A DNA stretch of 64,000 bases from Bacteroidales bacterium UBA1181 (lineage in GTDB: Bacteria; Bacteroidota; Bacteroidia; Bacteroidales; Paludibacteraceae), in the NCBI GenBank assembly GCA_002310215.1, contig DBYR01000013.1, positions 147,137 to 211,136 of the forward strand, given 5' to 3'. The translations under genes were made by a program, and so were the position numbers. A model generated the notes under the pieces. The model was not told the DNA's origin and did no database searches. It worked only from the letters and a program-made list of their open reading frames with translations. Positions 26,049 to 35,518 of the stretch are shown here, piece after piece; positions within the stretch are counted from its first letter, which is position 1; the number at the start of each line of letters is the position of its first letter.

Positions 26049-29000
26049 ATGAAAAAGATATTAATTCTTCTTCTGAGTATCGCGACAGCATGCAGTGTGC
26101 TTGCCGCCAATCAAATAGTGGGTGATTACGGAGGATCCATGTCGGTTTCCCCTACTGGAGCCGCTGTATATAGTATTCCGATTGAGTGTCCGAAGGGTGT
26201 GAATGGGATGGAACCGACCATCTCTTTGGTATACAATAGCCAAAGTGGCATTGGCAATGCCGGTAGAGGATGGAACCTGTCTGCGACGTCGGTCATCACG
26301 AAAGTCAACGCTGTTCCGTTCTATGACAACAAGTTGTTGTCTCTCAACTACGACAAATCGGCGGACTACTTGGCGTTGGACGGTCAACGTCTGATAAAAG
26401 CCAACACGATCAGCTCCACCGAGGTGGAGTTTAGGACTGAGAATGATAATTACAATAGGATCATCAGGAAAGGTAGTGCGGGCAACTTTTACTTTGAAGT
26501 CTACACGACATCTGGGCTGAAGATGACCTACAGACAACAGCCGGAAGGCGCATCGTACTATGACGGCAATCTGGGCTGGTACTTGACAAGGGTCGAGGAC
26601 CAGAACGGAAACTACATGACATACGAATACCAAATATTATATGGGACAACCTATGGGAACCGTTGGAGCATCATAAGCGTGGTCCCAACTGTAATTCGTT
26701 ATGGTGCGAATAGCAAACAAGGGACATCACACACCCAAAAGGTGGAGTTCACGTATAGCCCTTACACACCAATTCGATATCCTTTGGGAGGAAACATGAA
26801 AGAAAACAGTCGTTATTTAACCTCCATTAGTACATACGCAGGAACTACCACTTTGAATAACCGATATGAATTCTCCTACAAAAACGGTCCAAATAGCGAA
26901 ATCTTCCTTGAAAAAGTGAAGAAGTATGGAAATAATGGAGATTATTTGAAGGACCTGAATGTTAATTGGAATTCTTTCTGTGATTATACGTGGCAAACGG
27001 AGGAGAAGCAAACTTCAGTCTCTCAATTAGGAAACAATGGTATTCCTGCCGAATATAAAATATGGTATCCACTTGACTACAACGATGACGGATATACTGA
27101 CCTCATTGCGGTATATGAATCAGACGCCCAGGTATACAGCGATGGAACTATCCACTTTGCACCTACGACATTTTTCGATTACTATAAAAACGACAAGGGA
27201 ACTATCAAATACGAAAAAACCAATAGTATTTTCCCTTCAATATTGAATTACGAATCAACAAAAGGCTGGCTTAACGCAGTTAGTTATGAAGGTGCATTTC
27301 AATGCAATCTGATAAGTAGAACGACAAAAACCCCGATCGTGATTGTTACGGACAAAAGCAGGGGCTTGGCTGTGCGGGATGCAAACGATCCTAATGTCGG
27401 ATTCCGAATAGGACCTGCATCAAACAAAATGCCTGCACATACAGTAGCTGACATCAACAAAGACGGATATGATGATATTATTATTGCCAGCAGGGATGTA
27501 CAAAATGGAAAATCTAGCGTCCGGATTTGTTATGGAGGGCAAGCTAGCAGTATGTCAGGATATGCTAGCCTTTCAAATCCGGAAGTGATATATTCTTACT
27601 CTATAAATGGCACTCCTGACAGAATCGTCGCAAACGATATGGATGGTGATGGTTTGGTGGATATTGTCGTCGTCTCCACCACAGGATTTAACGTGTTAAG
27701 GAATACAGGATACACCACTACAAGTACGATTAACAAATGTACCTTTCAGGAAAAAGGGTTCAAGCAGGACATGGATTGTAACAGTTCCTATTTCTTTGTG
27801 CAAGGAGACTTTAACGGAGATGGCATTATGGACTTCTGCAAAGGGGAAAAAAATAAATTGTTGTTCTATAGAGGAAATCCTGATTTCACATTTAGTTTGC
27901 CAAGCCAGAATCTTCCTTGGGAACTTGCTAGCCTTCACACAAAAAAAGCAATACCTGCGGATTTCAATGGCGATGGGATTACGGACTTGTTGTTACTGAA
28001 CGGTAGCAACAACCTGACCTACGATGATGGAGGTAATATCATCTATGGCACAAGAAGCAACAGCGATGCAGACAAAAAGCTTGCTCATGTCACTACAAAG
28101 AATGTAACCGACAATAATATTGGTCTATTCATGGTGGGTGACTTCTATGGTCATGGGAAAGCACAAATATTGTCTATCGGGCAATCCATGAAATCGAAGA
28201 CTACAAATAGCAGTTACGTTTTCATTAACAAAAATTACTCGACTCCATACATGGGTCTTTTGAAGTCTGTCTCTTCTCCGTCAAGAACATATTCCGTCAA
28301 CTATTCGAATTTATTGGATCAGCAAGTTTATACCAAGAGGAATAGTTTCGACAATACAACTAATCTCATGACCTTGAGATTCCCTATGTGTGTTGTCAAG
28401 TCGTATTCCGAAAGCAAACAAAATTATTTGTCGGTCGATTATCTATGCCAATATGAGGATTTGATTGCTCAGACAACGGGAAAGGGTTTGCTGGGATTCA
28501 GAAAGACGGTTTTGAATGTTATGGATGACCATACGGACATAGAATACCTCTCATTTTATACACTCAACACATCAAGAGCTATTTTATATCCATCGTATAC
28601 GGAGAAGCGAAGTTACGGGGACGATGCGTACATTTCCAGGGAGTTTTATACGTATAGCATAAGCACTTTCGGAACCAATTCACGGGGCTACCGACTTCAG
28701 CTGACAAAAAAACAGTTGCTGGACAACTTGAACAACACATCGTGCGTCACGACCTACTCTTCCTATAGTAATGGCCAACCGACTGTCATATCCGTCGACT
28801 ACGGTGCCAATGTGAAGAGCAAGGTAGAGTACAAAGATCTGGTCGCCAACAGCACCTATAACATTTTCTTGCCTCAAACGAAGGTGGAGACCAAAAGCAG
28901 CGGTAGCGCATCTGTCTCCTACACTTCGAAATACACTTACGATGACAAGTTCAGGTTGATCAAATCGATTGATCTGTATGGCACGGACAAGGCGGTCACC

Positions 29001-32000
29001 ACCACCAATTCCTATACGACGAAGGGTAACCTCTCATACAGTCAAGTATCCGCCTCAGGATGTGAGACGCAGACCACATCCTACGACTATACGGGCTCCG
29101 GAAGATTCGTCAGCAAGAAGGTGACTCCGGATGGCGTCACCACCATCTACTCCTGGGATGATGCGCTTGGACGCATAGCCAAGGAGACGACCTCTGTGGG
29201 AACACTCTCATACGTTACGACTTACAACACCTATGACGGTTTCAACAATTGTTTGAAATCGACTTTGCCGGACGGACGAATTTCTACAAGAACCATTACG
29301 TATGGGGATGGTCGTTCTCCTGCGGCCTGCCTTTACCAGGTGAAGACCACACTGACGGGTTCTCCTGAAAAGATCGAAATGTTTGACTCTAATGGCAACA
29401 ATACTAGGGTCACCACCACATATTCTGACGGCAACGTCCGTTCCGACATGAGGGAATATGATAATGCGGGAAGACTACTGGTTGATTACTATCCTGTCCC
29501 AGGAGTAGCATCCCCTACGGGCAATAGATATTATGTCAGAAATATCTATGATGATTATGGTAGAATTTATAGGGAGGAACGTATGGACGGTACCACTACA
29601 TATAAATATGAACCTTTGAAGACAACCATCACCTCCCCAATGGGCACCAAAGTGCTGGAATATAACAAGGCTGGTCAGTTGATCAAGAGCACGGAGAACG
29701 GTCAGTCCGTCACCTTCACCTATACGCCTGCTGGACAAATTGCCACTTCAACGGCTCTCTCTTCCAGCGGAAATCTCACGACAACCATGACGTATGACAT
29801 TGCAGGAAACAGAATCTCCATCACAGATCCTGATGTCGGCACTATCCAGAATGGATATGATGCTTATGGACGAGAAATCCGTACGGTGACGGAAACGGGA
29901 CGTGAGATCCTCACTACATACGATTCGAGAGGTCGTCTGCAATCGGTGAAGGATGGCATCGACAATGCAGTCTACACCTACAATAACAATAACCAGCTCG
30001 AGAAAGAGCAGAGTAACCATTACAAAGGTGTCTACACTTACGATGCGTTCAATCGTATAACGGAGAAGACCGAGACCGTGGCAAATGTGGGGTATAAGAC
30101 TCAATATGCCTATCCGAACAACTACGGCGATGTGTCGAAAATCACTTACCCTTCTGGATTGGTGGTGAACAACACTTACAACGACAATGGGTATCTGACA
30201 AGCGTCTCCTGTGCCGGAAAAACAATCTGGTCAGGTTTGAAGCTGGACGGTCACGGGCGCATCACGGAAGAGACGCTGGCTGGCAGCGTTGTCAAAAAGT
30301 ATGTGTATGGGGGCAATGGATATGTTAGTAAGGAGTCTGCTTATAAGGGCACCACAGGGCTGATGGACTTGACCTACACTTATTCAGGCGTTAACATCAC
30401 GAAGAAGACGGATGCGTTGGATGGAAACACGGAGCAATACACTTACGACGCTCTCAACCGTCTCTCCAGTGTCTCTGCCACAAAATCAGGAGCAACCCTT
30501 ACCGGTACCCATACGTATGATGCTTTGGGCAACATGACGAAGACGTGGGATAGTTATTGGAAGAGCATCAGTTATGGAGGAAGTAATCTCCCTCCGCATC
30601 AGGTAAATTCCATTTCCTACACAAGTTCATCCATCACAGGGAAACCTACGGTGACCTTCGATTCCTATCGGATGGCTACCAAAATCGAGCAAGGAAATTA
30701 TACGTATAACCTCTATTATGGCCCTGACCACAAATGCCATCGTTCTGAGCTCTATAAGTCCGGTCAGGTCGTTAACCGGAAATATTATCTTGGCAGTTAC
30801 GAAAAAGAGGTCTACGCCAATGGTGTGAACCGCGAAATTCACTATCTTTACGGCGGTAACGGCTTGGCGGCCATCTATGTCAAGACAGCGGGGAAGGACA
30901 CCTTGTTCGCTGCGGTGACCGACCGTCAGAACTCCCTCACAGCGGTGATGGATGTCGCTACCAGCAAAATTGAGAAGTTCTCCTACAAGCCATGGGGTAT
31001 GCGCCGCAACCCTGCGAACTGGAGCGAGAACGTTGTGACCGACCAACCAGCCCGCTTCGCTCGTGGCTACTGTATGCATGAGCACTTGCCACAGCTCGGG
31101 CTCATCAACATGGGTGGTCGTATCTTCAACGAGCGCACCAACCAGTTCCTTAGCCCCGACCCATACCGTCAGGCACCTGAATCGTGGCTCAACTGCAACC
31201 GATTCGGCTACTGCATGAACAATCCGGTGATGTATACGGATCCGACAGGGGAAATTATTCCTATACTCATCGCTGCGGTAGTCAGTGCGGGAGTTAATGT
31301 GGCGATAAAATACCATAACGGACAAATCCAAGATTTTGGGGATTTTGCCAAAGCGGCTGGATGGGGAGCGTTAGCTGGAGCTGTTGGCGGATTTATCGGA
31401 GTAACGGCCGCTCCGATTCTAGCTGGTGGTGGTTTCTTCGCTGGGTTTGTGACAGGTACCGTATGTGCGTTCGAGAGCACTCTCATACTATCATTGGGGA
31501 ACCACCTTTCATTCGGCGACCCAATGATCAGCAATGCAGCCTTGGCTTTTAACTCCTTAATTGGTGGCTTGACATGCGGCATTGGCAACGGCATCATGGC
31601 GAAAATAGGTGGCCGCAACTTCTGGTCGGGACGTCCACAACAATACTGTGGCCCGGATATGGATATGTTGCCTCAGAAGGTGGTCACGGAAAAACAATTG
31701 GCCAACGAGACTAAACCAAATTTAGTGGCTGATGAGGGAGGTAATTGTTCAGTGTATAGAGGGGTAGATCCAGCAACTGGTGAAGTAAAATATATTGGTA
31801 TTACAGAACGTGACCCACAAGTGAGATGGGCGGAACATCTGAATTCGAATACGCCAAGAGCAGATTTACGATATGAATTGGTGCCAGATGTCCCTAGAGG
31901 AATAAGCAGACTCAATGGCCGTATATGGGAGCAGACGCTCATCAATCAAAATTGTGGCCCGAGGAATATTCTTTACAATCAAATAAATTCTATTGCTCCC

Positions 32001-32084
32001 AAGTATTGGAACCAATATAACATTCCACCAGTATCACCAGGTGTACCACCTGCATCACTACATTTTATTATAAAAACATGGTAA
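26049..32084 (+). CDS. Polymorphic toxin: signal peptide, SpvB-like N-terminal domain, FG-GAP/VCBS repeats, RHS/YD-repeat shell, Rhs core, Gly-zipper hydrophobic segment and a GIY-YIG (URI)-like nuclease tip
   Basis: 2011 aa. SpvB-type motif PTGAAVYSIPIECPKGVNGMEPTISLVYNSQSG. FG-GAP motifs DYNDDGYTDL, DINKDGYDDI, NDMDGDGLVDI and DFNGDGITDL. Many YD repeats (YTYD..GR/N). Rhs core end NPVMYTDPTGE. Tip CSVYRGVDPATGEVKYIGITERDPQVRWAEH...RIWEQTLIN. Confidence 0.9.
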   Translation: MKKILILLLSIATACSVLAANQIVGDYGGSMSVSPTGAAVYSIPIECPKGVNGMEPTISLVYNSQSGIGNAGRGWNLSATSVITKVNAVPFYDNKLLSLNYDKSADYLALDGQRLIKANTISSTEVEFRTENDNYNRIIRKGSAGNFYFEVYTTSGLKMTYRQQPEGASYYDGNLGWYLTRVEDQNGNYMTYEYQILYGTTYGNRWSIISVVPTVIRYGANSKQGTSHTQKVEFTYSPYTPIRYPLGGNMKENSRYLTSISTYAGTTTLNNRYEFSYKNGPNSEIFLEKVKKYGNNGDYLKDLNVNWNSFCDYTWQTEEKQTSVSQLGNNGIPAEYKIWYPLDYNDDGYTDLIAVYESDAQVYSDGTIHFAPTTFFDYYKNDKGTIKYEKTNSIFPSILNYESTKGWLNAVSYEGAFQCNLISRTTKTPIVIVTDKSRGLAVRDANDPNVGFRIGPASNKMPAHTVADINKDGYDDIIIASRDVQNGKSSVRICYGGQASSMSGYASLSNPEVIYSYSINGTPDRIVANDMDGDGLVDIVVVSTTGFNVLRNTGYTTTSTINKCTFQEKGFKQDMDCNSSYFFVQGDFNGDGIMDFCKGEKNKLLFYRGNPDFTFSLPSQNLPWELASLHTKKAIPADFNGDGITDLLLLNGSNNLTYDDGGNIIYGTRSNSDADKKLAHVTTKNVTDNNIGLFMVGDFYGHGKAQILSIGQSMKSKTTNSSYVFINKNYSTPYMGLLKSVSSPSRTYSVNYSNLLDQQVYTKRNSFDNTTNLMTLRFPMCVVKSYSESKQNYLSVDYLCQYEDLIAQTTGKGLLGFRKTVLNVMDDHTDIEYLSFYTLNTSRAILYPSYTEKRSYGDDAYISREFYTYSISTFGTNSRGYRLQLTKKQLLDNLNNTSCVTTYSSYSNGQPTVISVDYGANVKSKVEYKDLVANSTYNIFLPQTKVETKSSGSASVSYTSKYTYDDKFRLIKSIDLYGTDKAVTTTNSYTTKGNLSYSQVSASGCETQTTSYDYTGSGRFVSKKVTPDGVTTIYSWDDALGRIAKETTSVGTLSYVTTYNTYDGFNNCLKSTLPDGRISTRTITYGDGRSPAACLYQVKTTLTGSPEKIEMFDSNGNNTRVTTTYSDGNVRSDMREYDNAGRLLVDYYPVPGVASPTGNRYYVRNIYDDYGRIYREERMDGTTTYKYEPLKTTITSPMGTKVLEYNKAGQLIKSTENGQSVTFTYTPAGQIATSTALSSSGNLTTTMTYDIAGNRISITDPDVGTIQNGYDAYGREIRTVTETGREILTTYDSRGRLQSVKDGIDNAVYTYNNNNQLEKEQSNHYKGVYTYDAFNRITEKTETVANVGYKTQYAYPNNYGDVSKITYPSGLVVNNTYNDNGYLTSVSCAGKTIWSGLKLDGHGRITEETLAGSVVKKYVYGGNGYVSKESAYKGTTGLMDLTYTYSGVNITKKTDALDGNTEQYTYDALNRLSSVSATKSGATLTGTHTYDALGNMTKTWDSYWKSISYGGSNLPPHQVNSISYTSSSITGKPTVTFDSYRMATKIEQGNYTYNLYYGPDHKCHRSELYKSGQVVNRKYYLGSYEKEVYANGVNREIHYLYGGNGLAAIYVKTAGKDTLFAAVTDRQNSLTAVMDVATSKIEKFSYKPWGMRRNPANWSENVVTDQPARFARGYCMHEHLPQLGLINMGGRIFNERTNQFLSPDPYRQAPESWLNCNRFGYCMNNPVMYTDPTGEIIPILIAAVVSAGVNVAIKYHNGQIQDFGDFAKAAGWGALAGAVGGFIGVTAAPILAGGGFFAGFVTGTVCAFESTLILSLGNHLSFGDPMISNAALAFNSLIGGLTCGIGNGIMAKIGGRNFWSGRPQQYCGPDMDMLPQKVVTEKQLANETKPNLVADEGGNCSVYRGVDPATGEVKYIGITERDPQVRWAEHLNSNTPRADLRYELVPDVPRGISRLNGRIWEQTLINQNCGPRNILYNQINSIAPKYWNQYNIPPVSPGVPPASLHFIIKTW

Positions 32085-32569
32085 AGCGAGTAAAAAGCAC
32101 AAAAGTCGGGGATGTGTTCGAAGTCCCTATTTCACCAACGGAGAAACGTTATATGCAATATGTTGTCAGTGATTTGACGCAGTTGAATAGTGACGTGCTT
32201 AGAATATTTAAGCGTGTTTATCCGATAGATGAGAAGCCAGACATAGAGCAGATCGTCAACGGCGAAGTTGATTATTATACGCATGGTGATTCTAGATATG
32301 GTGTAAGGATGGATGCATGGACGCTGTACGGGAATACTAATAATGTCGGTAATTATAGCAATGTATGGTTTAAATGCAAACGAGATTACACGGATAAAAA
32401 AAGAAATGATGATTGGTATGTGTGGAAAATAGGTGGCGATCATATATGGATGGACATAAAAGAGATAAAAAAATTAGGAGCTCATTTGGGTCTGGTAAAC
32501 CCATACATGTCCATTTTGCATCGAATAAAAACCGGTCATGAAGAAGGAATATTTGCTGATTACGAATAA
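32078..32569 (+). CDS. Putative cognate immunity protein of the Rhs toxin
   Basis: 163 aa. The start ATG overlaps the toxin stop (ATGGTAA). The position immediately 3' of a polymorphic toxin tip supports the call. The N-terminus KVGDVFEVPISPTEKRYMQYV resembles Imm-type immunity families (from memory). Confidence 0.6.
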   Translation: MVKRVKSTKVGDVFEVPISPTEKRYMQYVVSDLTQLNSDVLRIFKRVYPIDEKPDIEQIVNGEVDYYTHGDSRYGVRMDAWTLYGNTNNVGNYSNVWFKCKRDYTDKKRNDDWYVWKIGGDHIWMDIKEIKKLGAHLGLVNPYMSILHRIKTGHEEGIFADYE

Positions 32570-32745
32570 CGTTTAAAGCATACGATAGAAGGGCCTTGTG
32601 AGGAAGTGTGATGATTCAAGATTAAAGAATTCATTCTATGGTGTGGTTTATCCTGCAAAAATGATCCTTTTTTAGAATGAAAAACGGGTATTTCTATGGT
32701 ACTACTCCCCGATTTGAATAGCAGATTAATTTTAAATTAGTAGCA

Positions 32746-32790
32746 GCGACCGAGCAAGTTCCCGTAATGGGGCGGCTCGGTCGCTTTTAT
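32746..32790 (+). terminator. Rho-independent terminator after the toxin-immunity pair
   Basis: gcgaccgagc (32746-32755) pairs with gctcggtcgc (32775-32784), followed by ttttatgtttt. Confidence 0.55.
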
Positions 32791-32802
32791 GTTTTAGGGG
32801 AG

Positions 32803-32928
32803 GGGAAATACTGCTATGAAAAAGAGGTCTACGCCAGTGGTGTGAACCGCGAAATTCACTATCTTTACGGCGGTAACGGCTTGGCGGGCATTTTCGTCCT
32901 CACAGCGGTGATGGACGTCGCTACCGGC
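32803..32928 (+). pseudogene. Decayed fragment of an Rhs core region (internally deleted remnant)
   Basis: The DNA is nearly identical to parts of 30790-30965 of the intact gene (gaaaaagaggtctacgcca.tggtgtgaaccgcgaaattcactatctttacggcggtaacggcttggcgg and ctcacagcggtgatgga.gtcgctacc). About 70 bp is missing between the two blocks. There is no upstream shell and no tip. Confidence 0.8.
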
Positions 32929-33053
32929 ATAACGCCTTTAAGTTGGTATAAACGCAGGACAGCCCACAGAAAAATATTTTTTGGAAACGATTGCGGTATC
33001 AGAAAATATACTTAACTTTGCGGTCGATTTTTAAACATTAAAATTTAAACATT

Positions 33054-33323
33054 ATGTATTTAGATGCTGCTAAGAAGCAAGAAATCTTCGGTACATACGG
33101 GAAGTCGAATACCGATACTGGCTCACCTGAGGCTCAGATAGCGTTATTTTCATACCGTATTACTCATTTGACTGATCACATGAAGTCAAATGCGAAGGAT
33201 TATAGTACGCAAAGATCATTGAAGGCCTTGGTAGGTAAGCGTCGTCGTATGCTTGACTACTTGAAGGAGATCGATATCGAAAGATATCGTGCCATCGTTA
33301 AGGCGCTCAATCTTCGTAAGTAA
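33054..33323 (+). CDS. rpsO: 30S ribosomal protein S15
   Basis: 89 aa, with canonical S15 sequence (GSPEAQIALFSYRITHLTDHMKSNAKDYSTQRSL). Confidence 0.97.
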   Translation: MYLDAAKKQEIFGTYGKSNTDTGSPEAQIALFSYRITHLTDHMKSNAKDYSTQRSLKALVGKRRRMLDYLKEIDIERYRAIVKALNLRK

Positions 33324-33343
33324 TCTCGAAGGAGAAAAGGTAA

Positions 33344-33378
33344 AAGGGTGGATCCGATGGGTTCACCCTTTCTTTTTC
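33344..33378 (+). terminator. Rho-independent terminator after rpsO
   Basis: aagggtg (33344-33350) pairs with caccctt (33364-33370), followed by tctttttcc. Confidence 0.6.
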
Positions 33379-33424
33379 CCGAAAAGGAAGATAACTTTGC
33401 ATTTTTAGTTGTATTTTTGCGGAT

Positions 33425-33871
33425 ATGGAAGAAAAATCAAACGAAAAAAGGCATCAATTCGACCTCCGCTACATGCGCATGGCCAAGATTTGGGCGGAAA
33501 ACTCCTACTGCGAGCGCAGGAAGGTGGGCGCCCTCATCGTGAAGGAACGAATGATCATATCCGACGGATACAACGGCACACCGTGCGGCTTCGAGAACGT
33601 GTGCGAGGACGAGAACAACAAGACCAAACCTTACGTCCTACACGCCGAGGCCAACGCCATCACAAAGGTGGCCCGCTCCTCCAACAGCAGCGAGGGCGCT
33701 ACCCTCTACGTCACCTCCTCCCCTTGCATCGAGTGCGCCAAGCTCATCATCCAAGCGGGCATCCGCCGCGTGGTCTACGAGGAGGAGTACCACACGCCCG
33801 ACGGAATAGACCTGCTGAAAAGGGCGGGCGTGGAGATCGAACACCTGGAAATCGACAACAACAAAGACTGA
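33425..33871 (+). CDS. dCMP deaminase (ComEB-type cytidine/deoxycytidylate deaminase)
   Basis: 148 aa, with zinc motifs HAEANAI and SPCIECAKLI. Confidence 0.9.
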   Translation: MEEKSNEKRHQFDLRYMRMAKIWAENSYCERRKVGALIVKERMIISDGYNGTPCGFENVCEDENNKTKPYVLHAEANAITKVARSSNSSEGATLYVTSSPCIECAKLIIQAGIRRVVYEEEYHTPDGIDLLKRAGVEIEHLEIDNNKD

Positions 33872-33877
33872 CATACC

Positions 33878-35464
33878 ATGCAAAAAATATTCAACCCCCT
33901 ATTCGTGGCGATCGCAGCCATCTGCGGAATCCTGGCGGGCTCCATCATCACAGAAAGGCATAACGAGCGCATCACACGCACCCACAAGAAGCTGGACAAC
34001 AAAATCGACATGCTGCTGAACCTCGTCAACCTGCAATATGTCGACAAGGTGGACATCGACTCCCTCGTGGAGCAGTCTATCCCTAAAATCTTGGAGGAGC
34101 TTGACCCCCACACGGTCTATGTGCCTGCCAAAGACCTCCAGATGGTGAACGATGAATTGGAGGGTAGTTTCTCCGGCATCGGTGTGCAATTCAACATACA
34201 GAACGACACCGTGATGATCGTGAGCGTCATCAGCGGCGGACCTTCCGAGAAGTTGGGTATCCTGCCGGGCGACCGCATCGTGAAGGTGAACGACACCCTC
34301 TTCGTGGGCGAATCCATCAACAACGAGAAGGTGATGCACAAGCTCCGCGGACCGAAAGGCACGCACGTGACGCTCGGCGTCAAACGTCATAGCGCAGACT
34401 CACTGCTCACCTTCGACATCACACGGGGCGACGTGCCGGTCAATAGCGTGGACGCACACTTCATGATGCAGAAACAAACAGGTTACATCAAGGTGGGCAA
34501 ATTCGGAGCCACCACCTACAATGAGTTCGTCTACGCCTTGGAGGAACTGAAGGAGAAAGGCGCTAATAGATTCATCATCGATCTCAGAGGCAACTCGGGT
34601 GGATTCCTGGAAGCCGCCAGCTATATGATCAACGAGTTCCTGCACGCCGGCGACATGATCGTCTACACGGAAGGGAAGGCGCAAAAACGTCAAGACATTA
34701 GGGCGGACGGACGAGGAGAGTTCCAAGACTATCCGTTGGCGGTCCTCATCGACGAATGGTCCGCCTCCGCCAGCGAGATATTCGCAGGGGCCATGCAAGA
34801 CAATGACAGGGGCGTCATCTTAGGTCGTCGCTCCTTCGGCAAGGGACTGGTCCAGCAACAGATCACACTGAACGACAGCTCCGCCATCCGCCTCACCGTG
34901 GCGCGCTATTACACCCCGTCGGGACGTTGCATACAGAAGCCATACGACGACAAGAACAAATACCAGCAGGAAGTGTATGACCGCTACTCCAGCGGAGAGA
35001 TCTACAACCAAGACAGCATGAAGTCGACCACCGACACCATGAAGTACTACACGGTAGGCAAGCGTGTGGTTTACGGCGGGGGAGGAATCATGCCGGACAT
35101 CTTCGTGCCGTACGACACCACCAACAACTCGCGCTACTTCACCAAGCTTGTCAACTCCGCCATACTCTATGATTTCGCCTTTAAATATTCAGACGAGCAT
35201 CGCCAACTCCTTTATGACTTCGCCGATTACAAAAAGGCGGACAATTTCCTGAAGGGGCAACCTCTCTATGAGGAGGTGTTGGCCTTCGCGGAGGGCAAGA
35301 ACATCAAAAAAGAGATGAACCAAGCAGAGCGTTCGAAACGAAAAATCACACAACTCGCACGGTCCTATATACTGCGAAACATTTATGGTGAAAATGCGTT
35401 CTACGACATCTTCTCAGAGGATGATCCTGTAATCAAAGAAGCATTGAAACATCTTGAAAAATAG
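33878..35464 (+). CDS. S41 family C-terminal processing peptidase (PDZ-containing)
   Basis: 528 aa. PDZ region GGPSEKLGILPGDRIVKVND and S41 motifs DLRGNSGG and SASASEIFAGA. Confidence 0.9.
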   Translation: MQKIFNPLFVAIAAICGILAGSIITERHNERITRTHKKLDNKIDMLLNLVNLQYVDKVDIDSLVEQSIPKILEELDPHTVYVPAKDLQMVNDELEGSFSGIGVQFNIQNDTVMIVSVISGGPSEKLGILPGDRIVKVNDTLFVGESINNEKVMHKLRGPKGTHVTLGVKRHSADSLLTFDITRGDVPVNSVDAHFMMQKQTGYIKVGKFGATTYNEFVYALEELKEKGANRFIIDLRGNSGGFLEAASYMINEFLHAGDMIVYTEGKAQKRQDIRADGRGEFQDYPLAVLIDEWSASASEIFAGAMQDNDRGVILGRRSFGKGLVQQQITLNDSSAIRLTVARYYTPSGRCIQKPYDDKNKYQQEVYDRYSSGEIYNQDSMKSTTDTMKYYTVGKRVVYGGGGIMPDIFVPYDTTNNSRYFTKLVNSAILYDFAFKYSDEHRQLLYDFADYKKADNFLKGQPLYEEVLAFAEGKNIKKEMNQAERSKRKITQLARSYILRNIYGENAFYDIFSEDDPVIKEALKHLEK

Positions 35465-35518
35465 ATAATTAAAGCATATTAATTGGGGACTGAGGGAACC
35501 AGGAATAGACGGTCTCTT

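Noticed and set aside
32767-33015. 82-aa ORF called as a gene between the immunity gene and rpsO
   Set aside because: Its only meaningful similarity is to an internal piece of the Rhs core, with a deletion. It is treated as a pseudogene remnant rather than a functional CDS.
33409-33963. 184-aa ORF overlapping the dCMP deaminase gene in another frame
   Set aside because: It is an Arg/Gly/Pro-rich alternative frame of a gene with clear deaminase zinc motifs in the 33425..33871 frame.
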